From Lingula anatina (lineage: Eukaryota; Animalia; Brachiopoda), in assembly GCA_051362555.1 (NCBI GenBank), contig CM120641.1, positions 1,860,001-1,924,000 of the forward strand: a DNA stretch of 64,000 nt, in the 5' to 3' direction. Shown piece by piece: positions 52,701 through 64,000 of the stretch. How positions within the stretch are numbered: the stretch's first letter is position 1; each line of letters starts with the position of its first letter. The position numbers and the translations under genes were made by a program. The notes beneath the pieces are model-generated. The model ran no database searches and had not been told where the DNA came from. It was given only the letters and a program-made list of their open reading frames with translations.

Positions 52701-53667
52701 TTTGTTGAAACATCCTGAACATATCTGTCAGTAAGTAATGTCAGATCGTCATCATGGTGTCTAGGTACAAACATGTTGAAATCAATTTACTCTTACCAAC
52801 ATCATGTGCTTCTTGTTCTAAATTAGAAACGACAGGTAATTCGCATCTTTCGCTAGTAGGCCTTGGTACGTACTTTAGCTAGTTCCTCAGAAATTCCCAT
52901 TTAACAGAATGCTTTAATAATGTCCATGTAGCGATTCTTAATTGCCACCTCTACCTTTCACTGACCACTTCATGAAGGACCCCTGTGGCCTTTCTCCCTC
53001 ACTGACCACCTGAATTAATGGTGTCCGTGGACACCTTTCATTAACCCTTTCAAAATATTTTTGAAAAAGGAGCAGAAAGACGAGTAGAAAGCCGTAAACT
53101 TCTGGTCTGATTGATACACCATATGTTGTTTATTCCCTAGTTAGCATGTAAACATTTACTGCTTTCGTCTGTTCTTCGTTGCAAACGTAGTTTTAAATCA
53201 TGAGGCAGCCTTTTCAATTACTGACCCTAAAGGAATTTCAGCTGCAACAGCAAGTTCAAATCCATGTATTTTTACGTACTACTACTTATTTTTGTTTGTG
53301 CCTATGTGAAAAGAAGGTTTCTGCAATTCCCATCATACTCGAACGTACATCAAAAAGATACTCACGACATACACAAGATAACATCAACAGCAACAAAAGT
53401 TTAGGTGCCTTTAGATCACAACGTTCCACATTTGTTTCCGTTAGATCATATAAATCCTAATAAATACTGCAAGGCTTATCATATTCATCAAAGATGTAGA
53501 ACTTACAACGGTTAGATGTGCAAAGGCTTTTATCCCATGGGCCCTTCAAAATATTAATGCATAAAGTTCATTACTGTAAACTGTTTAAAAGAAACTGGTT
53601 GATTTTTTTATCAGTGACTTCTTATTGTATGTTTTCAATGTCATAATGTGTTTAATTAACTTTTGTC

Positions 53668-53721
<54 letters not shown>

Positions 53722-56700
53722 ATGTACAAACCTACTTTTAGTTGCAAGAATCATTATTATTATTTAATTATATTATAAGGATTCATTGTAAAATTTTGTT
53801 TGACAAGAATGGTAAGAGCATCATTATCAGGTGCGTTTCCAGGATTATTTTAGGGGGGTCTAGTTCTTTTGAAGAATGAATGACATCGGATGCGAAGTCT
53901 ACCCTTGCTCCCTTGGTGTGGGGTTCGGTGTTTTTCGAAGGGCAAACGGTGCCATTTGGTGCCGTTTAGGATAATGATTTAGCCCTTCAAAATTCTTATA
54001 TCAAGAGAGGAATATTGGTGTAATTTTATCCAGAAACCGAGGGGGGGGGGGGGGAGCAGGTCAGAATTCAGCAATACGTGAAAAACACTCTTCTAGGTTA
54101 AGAAGGTACAGCGGTGTAAAAAAAAACTACCCTTTGTGCCCTCTTATATCACCTGCATGTTTCAAGCATACTTTAAAGTTAAAGCTTCCTGGCAGGCAAA
54201 GTAATCAATTTCAACACGGAGTTTGTTCGCTACACAAAGAAAGGGTGTTTTCTCGTATTGCTAAAAAACTGGCAATTGTGATGCTCTTCCCAGTCTTGTT
54301 TACATTACCAAAAGATGTCTTAGTCTCCTTCTGAGTACTGAATGTAATACAATGGATGAATTAGAACATATCTGATTAGTGGTATTTGTTATACAATAGT
54401 CTTTTGAAAAGAATGTCAGGTCACTTGGAACAAAGTCTAATCGCTATTACTTTGTACAGGCGACATCCGTCCTATATACTGACCCCGATACATTGTATTA
54501 ACCCAAACCTACTCTGCTTGTTTTCATATGGGACTCTGGAATTCCATTCCTAGGACTAAAGTATTCTTAGTACTTTTTAACGGAAAGCTAAAAACATCAC
54601 TTGCTAATCTTTAAATAACAGCACACAAGCATACATAACTTAAAATCTTGTATTTGTATTTATATATTTAATGTACTTTTTTGTTATGAACGACAACAGA
54701 TCACTTCGCCTATTTGCAACAAACTAATACGTACACTACAGCCAAGCAAACACAGAACGTTACCATGACGTCTATATAACCAAAAACGTTATGGTAACGT
54801 TCTGGTAACATAATGATAACGTTATGGTAACGTTCTGGTAACGTAATGATAACGTTGTAGTAATGTTTTAAAACGTTCTGTGTTTGCTGGGAGTAGCATA
54901 AGGCCAGACGGCGTGCATTCAAACCATAAACATTGCCTATCTGACTGAATAAGAGAAACAAATCTAAAACCGTATTATACAAGGCTGCATGTATTTTCGC
55001 TCAAATTTTGTGGGTTAAACTTATCAATTCTGCAATTAAGGGCCAGTCTGTGTTGGCCAAACAGTTGCTGCCAGCAGGGTTACATGTACTTTATTTTATC
55101 GTAACTGTCGGATTTGTTCAGCACTGGCTGGCGTGACTAAAGGTTAATGATGACACGACCCACTGTTATTATAAAGGCAAGAAAATTAGCTAGGTTGCCA
55201 TTGTCGGGTTTCTGTTTACAACCTTAGATTTTCTTCAGTCGCGAAATGATATATGATCGATGAAGATGGACGGGCCATTAAATACTTTATTAATGGAAAG
55301 GACATGTATATTTACACTATACACGTCTAATGAGGCAAGGATAACTGAATCAGTGATCACGCTGTAAAGGAAATGGACATTAACGGTAGATTGTTGTAGA
55401 CATAGCGAGCTAATTTGCTCAGTAAACCCACCCATTAAGATATTGAATTTGCGCTGAGACGACTTTGTTAAAAAGTGACGGATGCCGTTAGGTTTTACCT
55501 TAATAAGATTGTGCATAACAACTAAATTATATTTTCCAAAATGGTAAGTACAATGCATTAATTTGCCTTCCAATTGTTTGATAAAGTGTTTGAAACAATT
55601 GCCGCTCAAAAGTCTTTTCCTACGGTATGGGGTTTCTCTTACACTTGGCGGTTATCTTAACTCGGCATGCTTAGCTTCACATGTCACTGGATGATGAACG
55701 CTTTGGTGGAATTATCAACCATTTCTCGGAAATATAAACAGAAGCACCAGTTGGAAGCGGAGATATAGGGTGTGGGAACCACCTCTTGGGACATGTCTTA
55801 TTAACGTTCACTTACGGTTCTCAATCTATTCTAGAACATTTGTTTTTTTATTTTTTTTTTTTTACAGTTCTTACGTTGTTCTGTAATGAATGTAACAGTT
55901 CGAAAACTGTTTTGGGAAGTATTTCAGAATGCCTAGAACAGAATAAAAACATTTTTCGTTAAAAGAGAAAAGTATGTTCTAGGGCAGATTGAGAAGTCTG
56001 AGAACCGTAAGTGAGCGTCAAATGAGACACATTTTCGAAGGGGTAGTCTAGGGAACAGTAGTGTCAGAAACGCCCACGTGCCTCAATTCACAGCAAACGT
56101 ATTATGTTGTCATTAAGAAGTCGAGTTTGTTTATCACTTGTGGACACTAATTAGTCGTGTACATTGGGTTCTTAAGAACCAATCACTTTAGGTCGGAAGG
56201 TTTCATGTTTGGTGAGTGATGCATCATGTAATGAGGTTTGCCTTAATTCCAAAATATTGTTGTGGATTCCAAAGTTAAAAGGTTTCTATTGTTCCCAAGC
56301 AGGCCTAGTTGTAGTAAACATATGTTCTATATTTTCTAATGCCTCAGGCAAGTGAAACCCGCAGGCACAACAAGAAAACAATAATTTAGATGAACTGTAT
56401 AAATTTAATTGTTTGACTTATCATATAAATCTCATCTACGATTCGATATTGGATGTTCTATTGAACCACCCGCTCTTGAAATGTTACCCTGTGCAATTTA
56501 TTTATGATTAGGGAACAAAATCACGCCATAATTCCTCTAATTAGCCATATAATTCGAGAAGTAAATGCGCATTAAAAAAAACTTTATAGGCATGTCTTAC
56601 AATAGAAAATAAAATGAAAAGTAAATTGCTATTCTAAGGCACGAGTCCTTCATTCTGAACTAAATTATAAATCATCTGAGATTTCATGTACATGTACATG

Positions 56701-59700
56701 TTTACTGTGTTTCGCAGCTCTATATGAACCGTCGTCTATTCTCACGAATTCACGGCGCTTTCTGGTGATAATCTTCCTCTCATTCTGAAGGTAACAATTT
56801 ACCTTTGTTCAGTTGCAGCAAAAAACCGTAAGAACAATTGACGTGGCCTCTGCATAGGTACACCACCAGTTTGGGCATAACTCTGTATAGTCTAGTAACA
56901 CTGGACCGGTCGTTCTTTGTGACACAGTAAGACCCCATTCCCATACCTAGATCGATCTAGCGGGATCGGTCCATCTCCGAAGGAATTCCCGCTAAATTGC
57001 TTTCAGCTTGAGCGACTTAGAAGTCTGACACGCATACTGAAGCTGCTAAGAGATAATTAATTACCCCCTAACAGCTTCAGAAGGCGTGCCAGACATCGGA
57101 GCCGCTTAAGCTGAAAGCAATTTAGCGAGAATCCCCTCGGAGATGGACCGATCTAGGTAGAACGATCTAGGTATGGGCACGGGGTCTAATTCTGTCTGGC
57201 AATATCTGTTTGCCTCATGACATTCTGGTGCACAGCAGCGTTATAATGCTGTGACAGAATGGCGCGCTCTGGGTATGCAAATTTTCAAAATCACCCGTGC
57301 AGGTGTTACCGAAATATGGAGACTATTAATAGAATACCCAGGCCTACCCAACTACCAGACTCGGCACCTAAGGATCCTGAATTAACCGGTATATCGGACC
57401 ACGCTACCCGTTTTCAAGGTGTGCGTCAGATCGCATTTCGGAGTATCATACCCCAGAACAAATTTTGTAGCACGACTGCGGGCTCATCCACGCTCGGCTG
57501 AACAACCTTAAACTGTACTCTTACTTTAGAGTACTCTATTTTATTGTCTCTATGGGGATATATGGGGACTTTCGACATTCGGTTTGAATGTTTTAACCAC
57601 TTTTGATAGGGCTTTTTTTGCATTGTATTAGATTAATGTGGCAGTCTAAGGTGCATCTAGGTGGCTTTCAAATTTATATACCCGGTTTTAATATCATATA
57701 GCGATTTTACGACAATCGTTTACTATCCAATCAAGGTGACAGCCGAGCATGCCAGGGATCATCCTGACGGTGTTCTGGCTGATACTCCGAAATGCGATCT
57801 GACACACACCTTGAAAACGGGTAGTGTGGTCCGATATACCGGTTAATTCAGGATCCTTAGGTGCCGAGTCTGGTAGTTGGGTAGGCCTGATACCAGGACC
57901 AGCCCAAAGAGCACTACCCAATGAAAACAGCGGATTTTACTTAATGCAGAAGTGCCAGCGACAAATTAATTTATTGATACTGACTAATCTGACTATTCAA
58001 GTATTTCATATGAGATACATGTTTTAAAAACAATACGTTTTACACCAAGGTATACATTGTAACTGAAATATATCCCATATTAAAAGTAAGTCTTTAGTAT
58101 TATTCATTCATGTGTCATTCAGTACAGAGCTAAAATGGAGCATGCCTGCATTTCACGTCAGGTTACCTGATTTCGTTACGGAAATTTGTCATCAACTTTT
58201 CAGTTCTGTCAGGGCTGTTTTCAATTATCCAGTACCGTTATTCAACGATATGTTCGTTTGCACATTTTAGACAATCAGTCTTAAAGATAGTATACCCACC
58301 TACAGCTGCACAAATAATTGATTAAGTATCAGGCAGTCTTTTCAAAGCATTCAATGACAATATGGGAGTTTATTTCAATATTGTCATTTTTCAATTATGG
58401 AACTTGCATGGCTGAAAGAGAGCTAAGCTATTTTTAATACAATGCCATACACATTGAAAGGCTAGAACCCTTTTTTTCATAATTTGTTTTTTGCCACATT
58501 GCAATCTTTGAGGCCAGAAAAAAATTGGCGGTATCGAAATCTGCATCAAGATGTGCATGGTATTTTACATTTGCAAAGCTTTATACGCAAAAATTGTTTG
58601 TTGTCATGTCATTTTATTTGTCAGAACTTGATCATTGCTGCCCTGAAAAAAAGCACATTGTGGGCAGCAATAAATCAACTACCCAGGTCAAAAGATCATT
58701 CACTACAACCTGCCAGTGTACTAGTATGTTTACACAACGTGTTTTCTCTCATCTCTTGCGTCCACTTGATCTCATTCTTCAGTCTACTGGGTACAGCCTT
58801 CATTTTTTTAATCATCTTGACAGCACTCTGTAAATGGCCAGAATAAACCCAACCCTACTCTGGCGGTATTATATATTTTTGAGCAATCCTCTCCTGGTGA
58901 CTACACGATCGGGCTAACCTTTATTAATATTCTGCTGGGAAATCACCGGGTATTTGTATTCTGTTCTTCTTTCTGCGATTCTTTGACACAGAACGAGGTT
59001 AGTCGGTCAGTTGGGCCATCCACGTGCATGTCATGCCTGATCCTTATTTTATGCTCAACCACTTCCATTATATCTCCGTGACAACTACGTTCGTCTCTCG
59101 ATTTGCATCGCGGTGTAATTCAAGTTTAAGTTCAAGCATCAAAATTTCTCAGTGAAATATTATCTTTTCCTCACACCTACTGTCAGCTAATCTTCATCTG
59201 TACTGAATATATGCTCCACTTCACTGCTTCAACAATGCTTCTTACGGGTACACATAGGGCATGGGCCAGGCAAGTAATAAAATAGCCTAGAATTCCGTTT
59301 TGACTTAATTTTTTTCAAGTGAAAGCAACGGTTAATTAATGTTCCTGTGGGGAAAGGGTTGCAAAATGTTGCCCAAAAATTATCGTCAAGAGTTAAGTTG
59401 AAATCACCTCTAGAAATAACAGGAAACGGCATCCTTCATCGATGCTTCTCTGAGGAAAGGGTGCATAACTCACGGCTGTAAACTTGATTGGACTAACATG
59501 TGGTTTTAATTAACAATCACGGAAAGATACCAAATTTTATAACCAATTGGGAAAAGTACCATGTGGAAACTGATTGCGATATCTTCCCAGTACACGGGTT
59601 TAGAAGGCGCACACGGCAATGGGTGCCGCTGGCGACATAATTTTTATACAGCAGAAGAAAATCTGACTGCGTGCAAATCGTCGAGTTTTACGTTTGCGAC

Positions 59701-60326
59701 ATTCAAATTAAGCCTTTTTCCTTTGTGACTGATATACCAAATTGCTGAAAAACAAAATTTAAACCAAACGGAAAAAAAAACAAAACACACACACACAAAA
59801 TGCACCTAAAATAATTAACATCCATGTTTAGTGACTAAATAATGCTACAAATGTCCGTAAAGACATACGGCAGGTGCTGCAAGCAATTCATTTCCTTTGG
59901 AACTAAACTGGTACTGGCAACATACACGCACCAAGTGCACTGAATCTGTCATTTAATTTGTGCAATTTATGTTATATTTCCTAAATGAAATTTTGTTAGC
60001 AATGATGTAAGTTTTTCCCTAATTTTCCTTCCAAGAGGCTGTCAAAGGTCCTGGGTACTAGATTTATTGACAAAATGACACAATGATGCCAGGAACTAAT
60101 GATTCTTATGTAAACAGCTAATAATTACATAAGAATCCATCTTAATTAATAACCAAAGAAAGCACATACAGCGATCTTACCTGCAAAATATGCCAATCAC
60201 GAAGGCGTTCCCCAGAATGCTAATCACTGCAAAAACAAGGAGGATTATTCCGCTGACAAGAATGATGGTTGTGGAAGGGGGAGGATAGAGGGCCCAGTGG
60301 GGATGTCCATAGGACACGTTCTCCAT
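46711..60326 (-). CDS. Opsin, rhabdomeric (r-opsin/melanopsin-like) but divergent, about 396 aa
   Basis: Exons 60326-60181 (MENVSYGHPHWALYPPP...ISILGNAFVIGIFC), 50400-50270 (SPSLRTPANMLILNLSWSDLMMS...KWVFGKV) and 47624-46711 (GCDIH...AFERY...PPIFGWGQYILEGTGTSCTFDF...SWIPYSVVAL...FAKSSAMYNPVIY). All are GT-AG, phases match, total 1191 nt. The retinal-binding Lys codon is at 47065-47067. The N-terminal 62 residues of ORF 46711..47811 (47811-47625) are intronic. Possible 5'UTR donor at 62635-62636. Confidence 0.92.
50451..50549. mobile_element. CCCAGCAAACAC-type MITE (CACTA/EnSpm-like), copy 1
   Basis: TT|TCCAGAAAACACAGAAC...GTTTTGTGTTTGCTGGG|TT. It lies 50 bp from the acceptor of opsin exon 2. 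Confidence 0.6.
51930..52025. repeat. Dispersed repeat of about 100 bp; second copy at about 54445-54540
   Basis: Both copies share ATTACTTTGTACAGG...ATATACT(A/G)ACCCC..ATAC...TAACCC(T/A)AACCT...ATGGGA. Confidence 0.55.
54742..54891. mobile_element. CCCAGCAAACAC-type MITE, copy 2
   Basis: AG|CCAAGCAAACACAGAACGTT...AACGTTCTGTGTTTGCTGGG|AG, a 2-bp TSD. Contains internal tandem AACGTT repeats. Confidence 0.7.
55778..56048. mobile_element. Degenerate palindromic MITE
   Basis: TGTCTTATTAACGTTCACTTACGGTTCTCA pairs with TGAGAACCGTAAGTGAGCGTCAAATGAGACA. There is also an internal CTAGAACA/TGTTCTAG inverted pair. Confidence 0.6.
56931..57186. mobile_element. Palindromic MITE family B, copy 3
   Basis: TAA|GACCCCATTCCCATACCTAGATCG...CGATCTAGGTATGGGCACGGGGTC|TAA. 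Nearly the whole element is self-complementary, and it has a TAA TSD. Confidence 0.85.
57339..57889. mobile_element. Foldback-type non-autonomous DNA transposon, 110-bp TIRs, 5-bp TSD
   Basis: TIRs 57339-57448 and 57780-57889 differ at 2 positions. The termini CAGGCC...GGCCTG are flanked by ATACC on both sides. Confidence 0.9.
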
Positions 60327-63300
60327 CACCTACCAAATCTCCACCCGGCGCCAGCTCACTATTGTACTAACAGGTGCTTTCCCTCCTACGAATGATCTCC
60401 GTAAATTTCAGCGTGCTATTCAGTGACTGCTGAGAGTGAAATATGTAATATTTTCCTAGTATCTTATACAATGTCATGCACCATATCCAACAGTCGACTC
60501 GTATTTTGGGCAGCGTCTGTTCGTGTGAATAGCATCCATGTAATTATCATAGCGAATGCCTGAAAGATCCAATAATCACGATTATCTGGCGATTTCATCA
60601 CTCGTATATGCCTTTACTTTTTGTAGGCAGTACCCGTTGGCCGTTCCCTTCCTTTTTATACGCGATGATAATAAATGGGCAGTAATTTGTAAACTGCTGC
60701 CTTAACCCAACAGTATCTGCTCTTCAATTGGTACTTTTACTTCATATTAAAACTTTTTTCTAAGCAAGCTGCTTTTCAAGATTAATAAAACATCGTCTTT
60801 GCAGCATTTCGAAAACAACAACAACAAAACAAAACGCTCTTCCTGGAGAAACAAATCAATGTATGCAACAACGCGAGGCAAGAAGGCCAGAAATGAACCC
60901 CCTCACACAGAGTTGCCAAATCAATATTGTTTTGTCACATCATGCAAACAGTGTTTAAATATTATTACTCCATTGTATCGACTGCTATCGGTAGAAACTT
61001 CCCGTTTGTCATTAACCGTAGCATTACCTTAATGATATTTAGTTTTATATTATAGCAGACGTGCTGAAGAGTAAGCTCGTTACTATGGCCCTCTTCTTGT
61101 CGCTTTACTGCAGTTCGAGCCGCACGCTTTGCAATTTACAGGCATGGTGCGTGTTGCTGTTACCACCAAATGCCTCCAGCTGTATTTTTTGTATTTAGTA
61201 TTCTCTGCTGTTTTTCTTTCAATATTTTAGCACGGTCAATATCCTGTGCAAGTGACAAAATGATATTACCTCAAGTTGCCTGTTCAGTTGTTTACTGAAC
61301 TTGTTTGATGTCTACTTTGTTTTAGACAGCATTTCCTGTTGTAAAACGAGCAGGAATCCATTTGAATCAATTAGTATTTGTAATTGAAACAATACTTTTT
61401 TAGTACCATAAAAACCATGGTTATGATCACATCGGTTTTTTTTGGTGTGACAACATCCATTTGCATATTAGTAGCAACTCACAGGCGGTTCCTATTTCTA
61501 CTGCGTTGATAAAAAACTGCCTAATTGACATCTGGCAAGCGATCCCATATAGTTTCCTCAGTGTCCCGTTGTCATAGCAATCTGACCACCAGGTGGCATT
61601 ACGCCCGCTTCTTTCCCAGCCCCCGCATTTCACTTCCTTAGTGCTTGGTGTATATACGTGGTAGCATGTTCCTCACACATGCAATGCTGTACTCTACCTG
61701 AGAGCAGTTGTAGTATGTCCGCTCATTTATATCGGCGATGGAAATGCAAGCCTCCCAAGCGGTTCACTGTTGAATTCCCTCACCAGGTAGTATTCTGTTA
61801 CCGATGCGCACTGAAAAAAATGAAAACGCGACCATTAATGAATTTGGTACGTTCGTATTTTGATATCAGTTGAAATTAGCTGTGATCATAGATAAATGCT
61901 TGTGCAAGAACGCTGCGCAGTTGTTGGCGCACCTCTGACAAACTTTGTAAAGGATTCTCTGCGCACATCATCAATCATTATTTTGAAACATAGGCCCTTA
62001 GTACAATTTTTTTCAACATTGAAATGTCAACATCGGTATTGTTATATGTATATCGTATTTACCTTTTTCGTCTCTTCTAAACACCATGTATAACAACTAA
62101 CAGGTTTATTTTCATAAATAAAGACATCTAAAGAAATACTGATGCGTGCAAGCACAAGAGCCCACTTACACCAATTCTAAATCGTAATTTAGCGTCGCTT
62201 GATCAGGTTTACGTACTCACGATACATGTAAATCTAGATTAAAGACCTACAGCAGCCTCGCTCAACAAGTTTACGACGTTATTAATGGAACAGTCTTCGA
62301 GGGTACTTAAGAATCATAGAGACTATAAATGACTATTTTAAAAGAGGATTTAAAACACACGCACGCATGCTCGCACACGTGCACGCCAATAAACAAACAC
62401 AGGTGACTTTGAACAAAAAACAAACAGTGGTTTTCATACTTGTGATGAACTTAATTGCATTTTCAATCATAAGTCACACTATTTAAGTCCTGATATCTAT
62501 TAAATATTATACAAAGTGCATTACTTTTGATAATAATGAAAATCCACAAAAAGCCTATATAAAGATTGCTTGCTAAGTCATGTCAGAAAAACACATGTGC
62601 GCCCTTATCGTTTAAATAATTAACTGGGTTACTTACCAGTACCGCGTGTCAATTAAGAAAAATCAATAAAGCACAGAGCACTGTCAACACGACCACGAGG
62701 AGACCTGGAGAGGTTAATCTTCCAATGCAGTAGACGTTTGTAAACCCCAGTCACTAAAATTTAGCCTCTCTCTGGATTTAGGCACAAAATCCATAAATAA
62801 AGTGCTATTTAAAACATTTCTGTGAAAATCACGACAGAGATTAAGTTTATTTCTCAGAAACTGCTGTGAAATAAATACCTCGTATATTCCCCATCCTAGC
62901 AGGCATTACGACCTAAGACTTGCACCAGCCCTGGCATACAAAGTACCCTTCACAACGCACGCTTTGACTCCAAGTTGGATAAACGTTTATATGTTTTCAC
63001 CTTATCGGACGTTTTTTGCCAAGAGAAAAGAACATTCTTGATAAAAAAATAATGCGCGCGATAAACTTTTTTTGACGAATTTGTATTTAAAGTTTGAAAT
63101 ATATATATTTTTCATTTTTTCTTATAACCATTCGTTGTTCATATCCGCCTGCCCTTTCAATTTCTTGGACTGATCTTCAGAGATGTCTAACAAAGGACTC
63201 AGTTACGTTCCATCTGGAAATCCGAATCAAATTATTGATAACCGTTTTGAGGACCGTGATTCTCTTGTGGCACTTGTGTGTCTATGCTCACATTGAGTAT

Positions 63301-64000
63301 TAATGCTACATCCTAAAAACAGGAATGGGCTCAGCTTCCATGGTTTCTTCACAAACAAATAAATCACACGTGCTTTCGAGCGTGCACGTGACTTTTGTTT
63401 TCATGAACGACTAGGATTTTCTAGGCCTGTAATTTATGGTATTGAGAGAGATTATATTTTACTTCTATTCTCTTTTCTGTTTTTGTATACCAGAGGTCTT
63501 TCATCACAGCTAAATGTAATTTTAAATGTAATTTTAAATCGCCCCGCAACAATAATTAGCACTGGTGGAACTAAATCCCTCTTACGGACAGAAGAGAATC
63601 GTATAGGCGCCAGCCAAGCTTTGAAGATAAAGCCTAAATCTTACTTCCCTGTGACGAAAATAGATTTGATCAATGGAAGCTCGTTTATTAGGTCTTAGAC
63701 ACCGTCCAGCATTATGATAAATTGACGCCTCAAGAAAGAGACATTACAGAGATTTTCTGTATATAGCCCCATTCAGAATAGGGAACTAACTAATCCGAGG
63801 ATCAGATATGGCCGACCCTCTTGAATACTTCCCCACGGGATACCTATCCATATTGGATACAGATCAATGGTTCATTGTTTTTTTTTTCTTTTTAAGTGAA
63901 GTTCCGATAACAGCTCGTGTAGCATCAGCGATGAATAGAATAGTACCGTACTAAATAAACAAGAATAACTTGTCAAGCCAGTGAATCCTATAATGCTATA

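Noticed and set aside
57259-57921. Two ORFs sharing RPTQLPDSAPKDPELTGISDH on opposite strands
   Set aside because: They are translations of the two TIRs of the 57339-57889 element.
58484-59070. ORFs of 100-120 aa inside opsin intron 1
   Set aside because: No motifs or splice-consistent chain. They may be decayed TE sequence but could not be identified.
1-64000. tRNA, rRNA, CRISPR arrays or autonomous transposase/RT genes
   Set aside because: None recognised by eye. tRNAscan-SE, Infernal and RepeatMasker would be needed to exclude weak or degenerate copies.

Overview
AT-rich, intron-rich animal genomic DNA, probably a lophotrochozoan such as a mollusc (inferred from the gene set and repeat types). 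It is not prokaryotic, and most ORF-track entries are spurious or are fragments of exons. By reading splice sites and checking phase by hand I reconstructed five spliced genes. (1) The 5' F-BAR part of a FER/FES kinase (- strand, running off the left edge). (2) A complete FBXL17 (+), head-to-head with FER across a promoter interval of under 200 bp. (3) A complete 23-exon chitin synthase (-) with two C-terminal SAM domains, no myosin head and two GC-AG introns. (4) An unrecognised single-pass membrane protein (+). (5) A 3-coding-exon divergent rhabdomeric-type opsin (-) with Lys296 and Glu181, His at site 113 and HQG in place of HPK. Introns and intergenic DNA hold many MITE-like elements (including a three-level nest), a higher-order satellite, and an inverted Penelope-like end with a variant hammerhead-like motif. 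I see no clear new multi-gene system. The best leads are the atypical opsin, the compact FER/FBXL17 pair and the SAM-bearing chitin synthase.
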